DNA of 63,984 nucleotides, the filler included, from Intoshia linei (taxonomy: Eukaryota > Animalia > Orthonectida), in the NCBI GenBank assembly GCA_001642005.1. It is 7 parts of 7 records of this genome, joined end to end, with 100 filler letters (N's around TTAATTAATTAA, not from the genome) between each part and the next. Parts side by side here need not be neighbours in the genome. Positions count along the whole stretch, not along the records: positions 1 to 14,810 come from LWCA01000939.1; 6 more parts are not named here. One strand, written 5' to 3'. Under the pieces are notes generated by a model that did not search any database, was not told where the DNA came from, and saw only the letters and a list, made by a program, of their open reading frames with translations. The position numbers were made by a program, and so were the translations under genes. Below, in pieces: positions 1-13,578 of this stretch; the stretch's first letter is position 1, and each line of letters starts with the position of its first letter.

Positions 1-365
1 ATTTTATTTTGAATTGTATACTTGTTTTTTTACACCTTAGTACCTAAGTTATTTCATAAATTATAATTATCAGCATATACAAATCTAGTGATTGTTCGTT
101 AAGCGGAAGTTTTGACTCTGGAGTTCGTTCCATATAACTCGATAATAAATTGGTTTTATCTTACAAAGCAGCATGTGAAATGTAAGTTTCCTAATTCGAA
201 AGGAAGAATCAATTTTGACCAAATCTCAATGAAAAAAAAATACTTTTAAAGAAATTATGATAATGGATTTCCGAAATGTTAAATAAATTGATCAATGATC
301 ATTGATCATTCAATTTTTCACATAATTGTGACTCTCTAATACATAAGGTAGCATTGTAATAATAT

Positions 366-3300
366 TTATTTTTTTAAATTTGCAAAATCAAATGTAGAAA
401 AAGATGAAATTCGATTTGAATTCAATTTCGTATTTTTAACAATTAAACAAGAATTACAACTAATGGTAGAATTTCTTTTGCACAAAATATTCTTTTTATT
501 ATCATTTTTTGTAAATTTTCCATTTTTGATAATGTAACAGAATCCAAATGAACTCATGATATTAATAAAGATTACAGAAATAATAATATAGAGACTATAT
601 TTAGTTTTATAAGATGAAGAGGTATTGTTATGGTTTTTATAAATTGGTAAAATATTGTTTGCATTCACTAAATGGAGCGCAGTGATATCGTGTGGAATCA
701 TATCATTGTCGACGTTTTCACAAAATTTGCCAACATAATTTGGTTTACAAATGCACACTCCTTGTGTTTTTGTATATGTTTTAATTGTTTTGCATATTCC
801 CCCGTATAAACATATTACATTAAAGCACTTGTTTTGTTCTATAAATTAAATTAAATATTTTATATACATAAAGGATAAATAATTTCATTATTTTTCGACA
901 TATTAAGATTTAAGTGATTAATGTCATGCTTAAATTTGTCACAAATTAAATGCCAAAAAAATATGTAACGATATATAAGTTTAAAATTCCCAAATTAAAA
1001 TCTATAGTCTGTAATTAAAAGGTTTAATAAGATTTCATTAATTCATTTTTTATAATATGAGATCCTGTAAAAAATACGTTAAAATAATGAAGTATACTGT
1101 CGACCAGAGAAGGTAAAATTGCAACTAAGTGGTCAAATGTTTAAATAAGACAGGTTATGTCGCTCACGGGACTACTTAAATTAATATATTAATGTTATTA
1201 GCTGTAGCAATATAAATATCACCAAGTACCACCAAGATAAATATAGATAATTAATTAATACCTTGACATCGAATTCCAGTATATTCTTTTTTACATTCAC
1301 ATTTGTATTCATTTTCTAACCCAATGCATGTCCCATTATTCATACATGGACCATTATCACATATGTCTGAATAAAAATGTTATTTTAGTAAATATATCAA
1401 CATTATACCTCTTTGACAATTATACCCAAAATAGTTCGTTGGACAACGACAAATGTATCCTTTAGAAACATCGTCGATGCATACTCCTCCATATAAGCAA
1501 GGTTTTACAGTAGAACAATGAATACCTACAATACTATAATTAACACATTTATGATGTAAATCATTGACCAGAATTCATAATGGAGTTTAAATATAGATTC
1601 CATAAGTGGGGCTTAACAAAACATTGAGTGGTGCTTCATGAAAAATACCCATTTTTACTTTTTTTACATAACGTTTATCTTCAGTCGCATATATATTTTA
1701 TGTAGTTATAATTCATTTCAAACTGTTAAATGCCTTTTTTACAGTGAAAGTGTCAGTTCAGAGATTATTCCATTTCTATTTCAGACTATTTCAGAAATCT
1801 TCCTCATTAGAAACATTAATATAATAATAAATAATATTTAAATGTGTATTTGTACAATTTTACTATTACAATTACTATGATTAGTATACATGTATTACTA
1901 TATGTATGATTAATATATGTATTGCCTTACAATCTGATTATCAAAGAAACGATACACTAATGCAAATAACTAGTCCATTCACTCATCTTCCATTAAAAAT
2001 TCTGTTTATTTATGGTATTATTAGTGATTGGCTTTGCAAAATTAAAAAAGTGTGTAATTAACAAAACATTAAAAATGCACATATCAATCGCGGTTCTTTA
2101 AAATTAACTACTAGAAAACTTCTAACTATTCTCGATTCGGAGGAATCGAAATATCACTTATCCAAACAGTATTTGCCAAATACACATTAAATTAGAATGA
2201 TTATAATTTATAACAAATGAATTTGTGTTTTTGTTCATAATAATGTTAAAAATGACAGTAATTAAAATATGAATATTAAGTAATTTTTAAAATCAACTGT
2301 AATAGGATACATTCAAATCTCTGAAATAGACATTCTCAGCGTCAAAAACACAATTTACGATTATAACATTAATTAACAATGGATAAAACACGACGTAGAT
2401 GCGCAATATCAATGTTGTAACCAATATTCATTATAGACAACCATCATTTTAAATACAATTTGTAGTTGGCAAAATCGAATACAGCTCAGTAAAATTGATG
2501 ATTTTGTCGTGGTAACCACTATCATAATGGATAGCTTATTCAATATTGTTCATCTATTTGAAATATTGGTTGTCTGTAAAGAATATTGGTCACAACATTG
2601 ATATCGCGCATCCACGTCGTGTTTTATCCAATGTATGTTTTCAATGCAACTTTATTAATATCAATGGTTACATTAAATTAATTTGAATAATTCAAGTTGA
2701 ATTTATTGAAAGTAAAAATTAAAAAATAAAGTTAATAAAGTTAAAAAATAAAGTTAATAAAGTTAAAAAATACTATAAAAATGTACTTTATTGAAATATT
2801 GAAAAGTAAAAACAGAGACAATAATAACTATTTACATGTAGTGCATAATTTTCACTTTACAATACTAATTTGGAATTATTGTACATTCTAAATTAGGGAA
2901 TGGTTTTAACAATAAAACTTAATGCAACACTCCTGATCATTACATCGCTGTGAAAAACACTCTCGGGTTCGGTCACTAAGTAACAAAATTAACCAATGGT
3001 GGGTATGACATTACTTTCAATATGATAATAACTCCAGATAATGCGATATTATCATTTTGGATTTAAGCTGTTAATATTATAATTTTAGCTGTTATCACGT
3101 CGATTGCAACATGCTGAATTTGAAATTGTTAGGATTTGTTTAGTTTATACGTAATTTGTTCGGTAAATATTTTCAGATATTTTACCCGACAATGAACGGA
3201 GGTTGCCCACGCATCTAGTATGGCATCTAATATTTTATACGTAGAAAAACGTATTTTATGTTACCTAGAAACGAAACTTCTCATTTAAAAATGTATTGAG

Positions 3301-6300
3301 TTATAAAACAAAGTTATGTCATTTCTACGTATTTGGCAGTTTGCCAAAATAAAAATACGTATTTATGGTCACACTATTTACGCACCATATATAAATTATA
3401 AACTACATACAAATGTATAAAATATTACTATTTACAGTGTAAAAATCCTTTTTCTTATACCAAAAACAGGTATCTACCGTATAACCTGTACATTGTAAGC
3501 AATTTGTGATATGCATATTTTTGTTTTTATTAGGATCAACATATGTAGTATAATGTACAATAATAGTCTGTGAATTTGTAACAAACATATTCTAAAACAA
3601 CAAATTAGTATATCAATTCTAATTTTACGTCAATTATAAATTAAACTATCTATAATATCAGAGTAAAACAGTGCTCATCAACCTTATTACTTCGCAGAAC
3701 ACATATCAAGATCGACGCCCAGAAAATGAAAAATAGACCGGAACCCTAAATAATTTTTCTCAATTGATACGTAGTGTCATATAGTCGCTAGTCAGTTAGT
3801 ATACAAGAGTCATGATTTGATATTTTAACTTTAATTCAGAAAATAGTTATGATATTCAATAACTAAATTTTTGAAATGATCAATTTGGAGAAAGCAATTA
3901 TTAATTTTACAAAACTTTAATCGAGGCCCAAAGAGAGATTTCAGATTACGGTAGGTTCGGCTCAGCACATAATCTATAATATTATTACGTTGTACGATTA
4001 TTCTAATAATTATCAAAATCTTCGCAGAGAACACCGGTTGGTTAGCACAGAAGAAAATGGAATAAAACATACCGCACAGACATAAAAGAAATCATTATAT
4101 TTTGATTTTAAATTTGATTTTAATATCATATAGATACGTTCGTTGAGAGTAATTGTTTGATAAATTTGATAATTGTTGATGAGAGGATTAGAAGAGATAA
4201 TGTAATTATTGTTTGTTATATTAAAATAATCAATTTTGTTTTTATATTCATATCTATATGATATATTTGGAGACATGTATTTGTGTTCAATTAGATTTTG
4301 AAAAATTTGTATTTTTGAATTGTTTACTAAAATATTAAATTTATATACGCATCAATCACTAATTAATTAATTAAAATTATCTTCCCATATTTAAATTATA
4401 TTTTTAGCGGCGGTACCCATCTCATGGCATTACCCGTACCGTTACAGTTCCTAGCTTCAACATTTTTACTTGTTACAAATTAAATGACAGAGTGTATTTG
4501 TCAACAAATCATCCGAAAAATAAGCTCTTTCAATAAACAAAACAATCATTAGACAGTTTTTTTCTGTATAAGTTTTAATCTAATTTGTTATGTGTGAAAT
4601 TAAAATCTTCAATGTTAGAAATCATTAAAATTTAAAAAAATGAATATAATAAAGACTCATCATGCCTTGGAAATTACATTTAAAATTTAAACATAAATCG
4701 TATACAAATCAAATTTAGCCGGTATTATTAATTATTAAATTATAATTATATTAATATTTAATTAAATCAGTGGTTCTCAAGGGGGTCCATGTGGATCCTT
4801 TAGTTGTCCACAGGAGAAATTACATATCTAGGGGGTCCACAAGAAAAATTTGGGGCACGAAAAAAATCCATCATTCGTGTATTTTACAAAACTACGTGAC
4901 AATTTTAAATCGATTAAAATGAACAATATCTTCAATAATGAAGTTATCAAGAAGGATAAAGGTTTAACAGCTTCTTATGAAATTTCAAAAATTATAGCAA
5001 AAGCTTGTAAACCTCACACATTGGGAGAAACTGTAATTTTACCAGCTAATAAAAATCCAACTTAATTTACTCGTAAAATCCCTCTGAGTAACTCATGAGT
5101 GTCAAGACCAGGGGTGTCAATTATGCGTGAAAATTTTATAAAACAATACAAGCATCGATTTATAAGGTAGCGTACGACTAAGATTTTTTTTATAATAGGG
5201 GTCCACGAATAATATAAAATAGCTAAAGAGGCCATGTACTGAAAAAGGTTGAAAACCACTGAATTAAATCATTTATTTGTAAACACTGTAATAAACACTT
5301 AATTTAATGTTAAAATATATACCTTCGAATTTGAACAACACTGTTAATGACGATACTAAACATTAAAAAAATTTAAAATTATTTCAAAAATAATAGTATA
5401 CAGGTATAATCTTGAATAACCATAATATTTCCATATAATTGTATTGTTTTAACAGCATTAGTAAAAGTATATTGAATTAAATCTGACTTTTCATATTCTT
5501 CAAAGTTTAGACATTCCAATTGATATAGACGTTCATCAACACCTAAAATATAAAATTAACATCATATTCTTTACTTACTGTATATAAAGTTAATATTCCC
5601 AGAATTTTTAAAATAATCACATTTAATACAGCATTGTCCAGTTAACACTGTAGTGATGAGATATGTATAATAATTTATTAGTAATAAGAAATGCTATTTC
5701 AACTTCTCAGAATCTATTTATAAAGTGACTTTGAGGGAGAAGATTATTTTAAGAAGATATGATTGTTTTAATAGTAACATCTGTATTAATATGTAAATTA
5801 TGGTGTTTCAAAAAAGACGTTTAAAAATCAAAATAATTAAGCTACAGCGTAATTTAAAAATAATAATTTCAAATATATAGTGGGAGCAGACTAATCAATA
5901 TGATAGCACGATTAACATTAGTTACAAAGACATTCCAGTGATTTAGTGAATAAAGTTCAGTTTTAATTGTAATCGAACATTTTTGTATGAGGTTATAAAA
6001 ATAACCTGTGACACTTCAAAACGAATTTTTATTGAAAATTTTTTTCGGCATAGTGGTTTCTATACCAAATTAAACCTAATTTGACCTAAAGTTTTATATA
6101 GTTTGATTTAGTGAAACACCCTAATGTACATTGTACATGTAAAGGTTATATAACAGATAAGGTTATAGCAACGCTACAAATACACATAAAAAATTTAATA
6201 CTAACAAAATAAATCCTTCACGTCAAAAAATCAATTTATATTTACTCTTTTTTTTTTAATTATTTTAAAAATAAAAAAAATTTTAAATTTAAAAAAATAT

Positions 6301-6788
6301 TATTCTGATACAACTTATTCCAGTTTATATAGACACAATTTTTTAACCCCAGAAACCTACGCATTCCCGGTTAAAAATAACTTTGAATATGTTATCAACC
6401 AATCTTTTTTAAAATTTTTAAAACAATATTATAATTAACTTAAAAAACAAGAATTGTACAATTTTATTAATAAAACATCGGTAGGTACTTTTGTACTGAC
6501 AATTAAAGAGTCTGAATGTCAGTCCAATAAATGAATCGTGTCCATTGGACACGTTAGAAAATTCCGTAATATTAAAAATGAAAAAATACCGTCATGATGT
6601 GAATAGATTTGAATAAAATGTGGAGTAAAAACATAATATTCGTAGATATTCTCATTATACGCGATACCACTTAACCATTTTCCATTCGTACCTTCTCCAA
6701 AACATGGCAGAGTGCTGTTAACTTGTAATATCAACAAAAAGATGAAAAAATTGACGAACAACATTTCAAATACAAGGTTCATTTGCAT
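366..6788 (-). CDS. Type-I membrane protein with signal peptide, unrecognised Cys-containing ectodomain, three EGF-like repeats, one TM helix and short tail (about 523 aa, 9 exons)
   Basis: Hand-spliced GT-AG exons 6788-6590, 5647-5579, 5542-5402, 5355-5323, 4326-4073, 3591-3411, 1525-1409, 1366-1262 and 838-366 are all phase-compatible and stop-free (1572 nt). N-terminus is hydrophobic (LFVNFFIFLLILQVNS). EGF repeats: CSTVKPCLYGGVCIDDVSKGYICRCPTNYFGYNC, CDNGPCMNNGTCIGLENEYKCECKKEYTGIRC, CFNVICLYGGICKT...GVCICKPNYVGKFC. TM is YSLYIIISVIFINIMSSFGFCYII followed by lysines. The three EGF exons are secure; linkage to the upstream six exons is inferred from phase. Confidence 0.7.
2377..2633. mobile_element. 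MITE with about 80-bp imperfect terminal inverted repeats
   Basis: GGATAAAACACGACGTAGATGCGCAATATCAATGTTGTAACCAATATTC near 2381 is mirrored by GAATATTGGTCACAACATTGATATCGCGCATCCACGTCGTGTTTTATCC ending near 2629; non-coding interior. Confidence 0.7.
4768..5261 (+). mobile_element. Internally deleted hAT (Buster-type) DNA transposon
   Basis: TIRs CAGTGGTTCTCAA / TTGAAAACCACTG with a perfect 8-bp TSD AATTAAAT on both sides. Internal peptide GLTASYEISKIIAKACKPHTLGETVILPA is typical of Buster/SCAND3 transposases. Confidence 0.85.
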
Positions 6789-8675
6789 AGTCTAATTTAC
6801 ATATAATTATGACATTAATTTTATTTTTAAGTGATTAATATAAATACATTTCATCAAGTGTACATTAATCTACTAATTAGGTAAATTAATGTCTTGGATT
6901 TACTATTAATACCTTATAAACGAAACTAATCGCGTTAATCAAAAAATGAAAAGGTAAAATTATTGAACCATAATAAAATAAAAAAATTACCATAATTGAA
7001 AATATTATAATTTTAATTAAATTCCACCAAGCATAAAATTAACAAGTTAAATCGCTGAAATGTACATTGTACAATAAACAAGAATATAATTAAAAATTGT
7101 TAATGTAATTGAAATAATGGAAACTAACCGTATTAATTGAAATATAACTGAAATTTTAAAAGTTTGCATGAGCAACGAGTTAATATAAATTGAAAAAATT
7201 AGGCCAATATATTGATAATATTTTCATTACGTCGATTATTATACGGCATATCCTATATATGTTTATCTCAATTTACAAACGTCTATTGTTTATCAAATAA
7301 AATATTGAATGCATATCATATTTTTACAGCACTTGTGTGTTTCACAATATTGATTTTCCACACGTTTACTGTTATTCTACTGTCAATTATATACCAAATA
7401 TAATTAAAAAATCAAATTGACAGTCGTAATTAATTACACCATCAACCGTTAAAATATTTACGATTTGCGTGATTAAATCATACAAACATAAAATATTCTA
7501 CTGCGCTAATTACTCATCCGTTCCATATCATTAATTTACTCTAAATAACTTTCATACTGTTCCAATTGATGTAATCTGCATATCTACATGTAGGACATTG
7601 CAGATTACATATTTTTTTTGATATAAATTTAGAAAGTTACTTTTATTCGTTTATCTCAGATTGACAAGAATTCATTAGATTTGATTAAAATTTGCAAATT
7701 TAATAATTTTAGACGTACATTAAATCGGATGTTACAGTTGAGATTCTCAAAATTGTAACAACTGTAGAATTTGCTAATATTTATGAGGTAATCTCATATC
7801 ATTCAACATTTATTTACAATTGATTAATAGGATTACATCAAAATTATAAGACACAAGAGTGGATAGTGGTATATAGTAAAAGAGATGTATTATCTATTAG
7901 CCGATAATCCAGGATTAAACATTAATTCTTAAATAAATAATTTCACGTGTCTACAAGTTCTAATGTTAAACTAATGTGTAAATAAAAATGGAAAATTAAT
8001 TTTTCAATCAGAAAAATCTGTACATGTACAAATTAATTTCAGTTTTAATTAACGGATTGACAGCACGAGTATTATCTCGAGTGTTATTCATATTAACAAA
8101 ATTAAATTTATGACATTTTCGCGCTACTTATTCACAATGGAAATGATAAGATATTGATTATTTTAATCAATTTTAAGGATTAGAAAATTTTAACATTTTT
8201 CAATTTCATTTACTATTTCAATGTTATTATTTCAATAACATTACTAGAAATGAACGTTGATAATTTCATCCTTTACTTATACAAAATTAATGACGATATG
8301 TGTTACCGTTTAATTAAAAAACTAAGCTATATACAGTGGTTCAAAAACACAATTTCTCACACAGTTTTTTGAGAGTGATGTTTTATCGTAAATTTCATTT
8401 TTAAAAATTAATTGTTTAAGGGTCAAAAACGAAATTAACTTAAGAACTAAAAAAACATAAATCGTGGGACAGTTTTTTAAATTATTAACATTATCATAAA
8501 TATCAACCTCAGAAAATAACATCTTCATTGTCAAAGCCACAAATTACACTTTTTTTTAAATGAAAAAAGTCGCAGATTTATACAAAACATACATTTTGGG
8601 ATAATTTTCTAAATCATGAGCATTATCATCAATCGCAACATCAAAAACTTTTATTTTTATAATCGAAACCACATA

Positions 8676-9070
8676 CAGTATTCTCTCTATAACCTGCCAT
8701 TTATGGGATTTAAAAAAAGTTGGCGAGATAGATAATTTAAAACTATAGATAAGTTAGATAAAACCTTTAAATTAAAGTGGCCACAAAATACGTACTATCA
8801 CTTTTAGTTTATTTGGAATAAATTTTAAGCCGAAAATTTTTATTCGTTATCATAGATAAGTAGTTTTTGCTTTACATTTATCACCAAATAAACTAAAATT
8901 GATAGTAAGTATTTTTCTGGTCACTTTATTTAAATCAAAGGTTAAATTGCAATAAAAAGTAAATTGTAAAGTTTAATACAAAATAACTTAACTTATTTTG
9001 AAAAATGGTTTTAAAACTTTTAGTTTATATTTTAAATTAATGGCGAGTTAGAGAATTGGCGAGAATACTG
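8676..9070. mobile_element. MITE (CAGTATTCTC termini) containing an internal inverted repeat at about 8773-8928
   Basis: CAGTATTCTC at 8676 pairs with GAGAATACTG ending 9070. Internal arms AAAGTGGCCACAAAATACGTACTATCACTTTTAGTTTATTTGG and CCAAATAAACTAAAATTGATAGTAAGTATTTTTCTGGTCACTTT. Confidence 0.55.
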
Positions 9071-9879
9071 CATTACCATTTTTGAAAAGTATATTACCAA
9101 AAATGACAGCTAATGGTTATTTAAAGTTAAAATACCAAAAAATGTTCAATCTCATAAATTAACCCCTTCACTGTCAAAAGAACAGTTGAGTCTTGATTTT
9201 TTTTGGGGTAACTTTTTAAATTTTTCAGAATTTATAGAAAAAAATTTATCAACAATCTTTCAAATTTATGAATTAAAATTAAAAATTCACCCTTCAATTT
9301 CAAAAAAAGTTAGAATTGACCGTAAACATATTTTAAATACATAAATATTAGTTTCCATCTCCAAAATTCATTCCTTCTGTTTTTGTCATTACTCATTTCA
9401 AAAATTTAAAATTATCATTAATATAACTTTATTAGTAGATTTATTTCATTTTTGCTAACATTGTTACATTCTAAAATTTAGGATGCATTATAAAAGAAAA
9501 AATTATGGAAACATTCGCACTCGACAAAGCTAGTTACTGTTTGTACAAAGTACAATAGTCAAACTAGCATATCAATAAAATTACATATGGAAACCTACGC
9601 TGTCTTCAAATTAAGTTGACATCTATACACTTTTTACAATGAATAATGAACCTAGTGAATATATAAATATGAATTACCGTTATATTATAAATTGTAAAAT
9701 TAAAGTCACATAATTTGAAAAAACTCGAATGTTAGTTTATTATTTTTTATTTACAAATGTCATCAAAAGGAGTAAAAAAGTAAATAAATGTATTTGCACA
9801 ATGATAAACTAGAGTGAAAAATCTAGTGTTGAGAAGATGTAATCATAGACAGATAAATATTTATTAAAATGTACACAAT

Positions 9880-11133
9880 TTACAAGTGAAAGTTTTTTCT
9901 GAATTGATCATTATCAAAATTATCGGTAAATGGATAATCTGGAACAAGAATCATACTATTTACAAAAGTATATGGAAGGATTCTAATGTAAAATGATGAA
10001 AATACTAAATCAGCTTAATAAATGAAACCTTTCTTCAATGATACTACGATAGTCGAAATTTTGAGCATAGAATTCTCTAAAATGATCATTGGAAAGAACG
10101 AGACCCATAGTGCGCTTGGCATATTCGAGAATAAAGCTACAATATGGTTAATAAGATGGATAAAATTAAAAAATACCGATCATCATACGACTTTACAAGA
10201 GTCATACCAACACGCCGACTAGGAGTTAGAATAAGAAAACCTAACCGTTCCAACTCTTTAATGAGTATAATACTTTCCTTATTAATCTCCATTTTATCGT
10301 TTTCATTTTCTAATCCATTCAATCGAGATTGCGGGACAAATGATTTAATATTAACATGCCCACAATTATAAAAATAACGTGTCGCTTCAAGGATGCCACG
10401 TGCATCAAAATAACGTTGGTTTGAATAGCTAGAAATGTAAAATTAAGACAATCATTACTATTATAAAAATTCAAATAAATACACAATTTCAAAGTCTGGG
10501 ATAGCATTTAAGTCCGACGGAAAAATCCGTCAACTAAACACTTTAACCATGAAACAAGTCCCATTTATCACATTGAAATAAACTATTACAAGTATGCGAC
10601 ATTAGATCCGTCGATGCTAATGTGTATCGATTTTGGATATTTTTCTTTGATAAAGATTGATTGAAATTCTGGTTTTTGAAATTTAGGTTTCTGTATTTGG
10701 TCTCGTGTTTCCATCTGCTTGACATTTTTTTTTATATTTTTACAGGAAAACGGTATTTTTTGTATACATTTACGTATTATAGGAATACAGTGGAATGTAG
10801 TTTTTTTTCTTTTCCTTATTAGATGAGTTCTTTTATGGTTATCGACAAAACTGCGCAGTGCTTTTAAACTTCTATTATTAAATTTAGGCGAAAATATGCT
10901 TCCCTGGTTGACACTAATTGCTTGTTTTTCATTGTAGGAAACAACAATAGACTTTCTGAGAGAATAACCTTTATAATAATAATAATAATAACCTAATAAT
11001 AATTACCTTTTTTTACAATATTACAATTATTGTCTTCTTTTCCAAGACTCAGAGGTATAAAACTCTTTTCCAAGTGCTTCATGTATTCTTCTTCTTCGTC
11101 AGACGATATTATAGTTACATTTTGATTTTCCAT
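9880..11133 (-). CDS. NYN/PIN-domain endoribonuclease of the Regnase (ZC3H12A/MCPIP)-N4BP1-KHNYN family, about 322 aa, 5 exons
   Basis: Exons 11133-11007, 10968-10590, 10428-10177, 10136-10029 and 9982-9880 splice in frame (969 nt). Translation gives ISIDGSNVAY...FDARGILEATRYFYNCGH...FVPQSR...KELERLGFLILTPSRRVG...SYDDRFILEYA...GLVLSNDHFREF...IIEERILPYTFVN...PDYP, colinear with the Regnase motifs IDGSNVA, TPSRRVG, YDDRFI, VSNDxYRDL and IEERLLMYSFVN. Confidence 0.92.
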
Positions 11134-11752
11134 TTTCTTTCAAGATCTTAAATGTCTCTTTGGCATAAGATGCGCCAATTTTAAAATGTGCGTTTAATTA
11201 AATCAAAATATTAAGTTTCCATAGATTATGTATAAATGACACCTTTTGTTGTTTTTATATTTTGGAAATTCCAAATTGAAATCTTTTTAATAAAATGTAC
11301 AAATGTAAAATGTATTACTTTTTGTTGAATTAATATGTAGTTGTTATAGTTGTAGCATAAAGTAAACAGTAAGTTCACTTTATCATTTATCTAAATAAAT
11401 ATTGTAGAATTATCTTGAAATTTAAGAGTCTTCAATTTCGCTAAAATGAAGACCTGCAAGAAAACACTGCATAATAGTCAACTAATTGTACCTATTATGA
11501 CAGCCATATCAAACTCAAATACGTGGCCGGGCCGCATCATAAAATTTTTTAAATAAAACCATTATTCTATAAATCGAGTACTTTGTCAAATACAGTGTGT
11601 ACTAGGGTGTCACAGCAAATATTTTTTTAAAAAAATTCAAAAACATACCCAGTAGATTAGATGTAATTTTAAAAAATAATGTACCCTTGTAAAAACGTCA
11701 AATAAATGATTTAAGTTTAAATTTAAAATACTATCAATGATAGTCTATCATA

Positions 11753-13578
11753 TTCTAACTTATATAATATGCTACGCGATTTTTGATTAATGTTATAGCC
11801 AAGAGTTTAATCATTCAGGAATCTTATAAAAAATATAATTATGATAATTTACCACCAAAGAGTCATTTTTCCGTAAAAAATATTATTCTGAGATTTGCTG
11901 CTGACAAAAAACAACAATTATAAAAATATTTTAAAGTACAAATTGAATTATGCACTAGGTATTCCCTAGCCCTAAATGAGTACACTTCCATTAAAATAAA
12001 ATGCTACATACAATAACCATGTAACGAATGTAAACATTAATGTTCATGATAAAGCAAAACATTGGTTATTGGGTCTTATGAAATTAAATGTATCAATTTG
12101 TAGTGCTAAACTAATTTAAATACTTTCCAAAAAATTAAAAGACCAAATTAAAAAGGCCAAAACCCCAAATTACTTTTCTTTTTTTAATGAAAACAGCCCT
12201 AGAATTTAAAAAAATTTACAGGTGGTACAGTTGTATCCTGTTAAAACATAAGTGACGATTACACGGTTAAAAAAGCATTTTAGTATTCATATATTTTTTT
12301 TCAAAGTATTTTATTAAAACAAAAAATGTCAAATAATTAAGAATCCGAAAATTAAAAAAAAAATTATTCTGATAGAGCTTATTCTAGTTGATCTAAATAC
12401 AAAATTTCAACACTAGAAATCTACGCATTCCCGGTGAAAAATAATTTTTAATATATTATCAACCAAATTTTTCAAATAATTCGATTAAAATAAAAATGAA
12501 AATGCAAATTGATCCTACAATTTTAAAATAAATTGCATTGAACGTCTACGCCAGGGGTTCCCAAAGTGGGCGATTAATTCAGTTTGAAGGGCGATTATAC
12601 AAACACTGTATACCCAAAAAACGATTTTAGATTGATATAGTGGAGCGTTGATGAATTTTTTGGTTGTAAGGGGATATTTTTATAGTAAGTTTGGGATCCA
12701 CTGATATAAAGAGTGACAGTAATAAATATATATTTTTTTTAATTAACACAATTTTTTAATTATTAAATATATATACGACGTAGTCAAAAATTTTTTTAAA
12801 AGAGCGTTGAAAAAATATATTGCTAAAAAAAATGGGCGGTAGGCAAAATGAGTTTGGGAACACATGGTCTACACATTTCCAATGAATAAATATGGGTGAA
12901 AATCTATATAATTTATTCCTTCGCAATTTTTTTCATTGATACGCAATTTTTAAATTTCAAATTTTTATTTTCAAAACATTTTGTATAAAATTTAAATTAG
13001 AACTACAACAACGATTACTAAAAGTAATACAACTTTTTTATTATTATTTTTATTACAATCCTTTGCAATAATGGTAAAATACGACTGAAATGTTTATGAA
13101 GTGAAGATAAAATTAATTATTGATACACAATTGGTATTTTTAAGTATTTATTAAATTGGTACTGAATATATATAATCACATTGAAAATAACAAAATAGTT
13201 TTTTATAATTTTATTTTTTCTGGAATTTATGCTCTTTATGACAATTTTTAGGATTGGACTGTTTTTACTTTATTTTTATATTATACACACATTTTGTCTA
13301 ATAATTTAAAAAAAATGGGATAACAATTGATTTTAAAATTCTTTACGCAAATGTTAACACACCAAAAATTAATATGGAATAATTCACTTTAAAGTAATAT
13401 GATATGATGGTTACAGCTGAAAAAAGTTTGGGAACCACTCCTTTAAAGGATTGATAATAGTAAATAGTAGAATTTTTAAGTTAGATTTTCAACATGAATT
13501 TATTTTTTTGGTATAATAAAAATGTGCCTTCAGCAGAGCTAGGTGCTGTTTGTACGTAGTACATAACAGTCAAGCTAG
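11753..13578 (+). mobile_element. Non-autonomous Helitron-like element (most complete copy of a dispersed family)
   Basis: 5' end TC..ACTTATATAATATGCTACGCGATTTTTG is also seen at 26414. 3' end is a hairpin CTGTTTGTAC-GTA-GTACATAACAG followed by AAGCTAG then T. The same 3' block recurs at about 9520-9567, 32620-32667, 41469-41490, 47408-47455, 51053-51100 and 61519-61570. Confidence 0.65.
12552..12866. mobile_element. hAT-derived MITE nested in the Helitron-like element
   Basis: TIRs CAGGGGTTCCCAAA / TTTGGGAACACATG; 8-bp TSD GTCTACGC / GTCTACAC. Confidence 0.7.

Noticed and set aside
3951-3968. Recurrent motif GAGCCGAACCTACC (also near 52271, 57160, 62838) as a possible small RNA or regulatory site
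   Set aside because: Most simply a fragment of another dispersed repeat; boundaries and structure could not be defined.
10022-10725. Cluster of short overlapping ORFs on both strands
   Set aside because: Explained as exon pieces and shadow frames of the spliced NYN ribonuclease gene.
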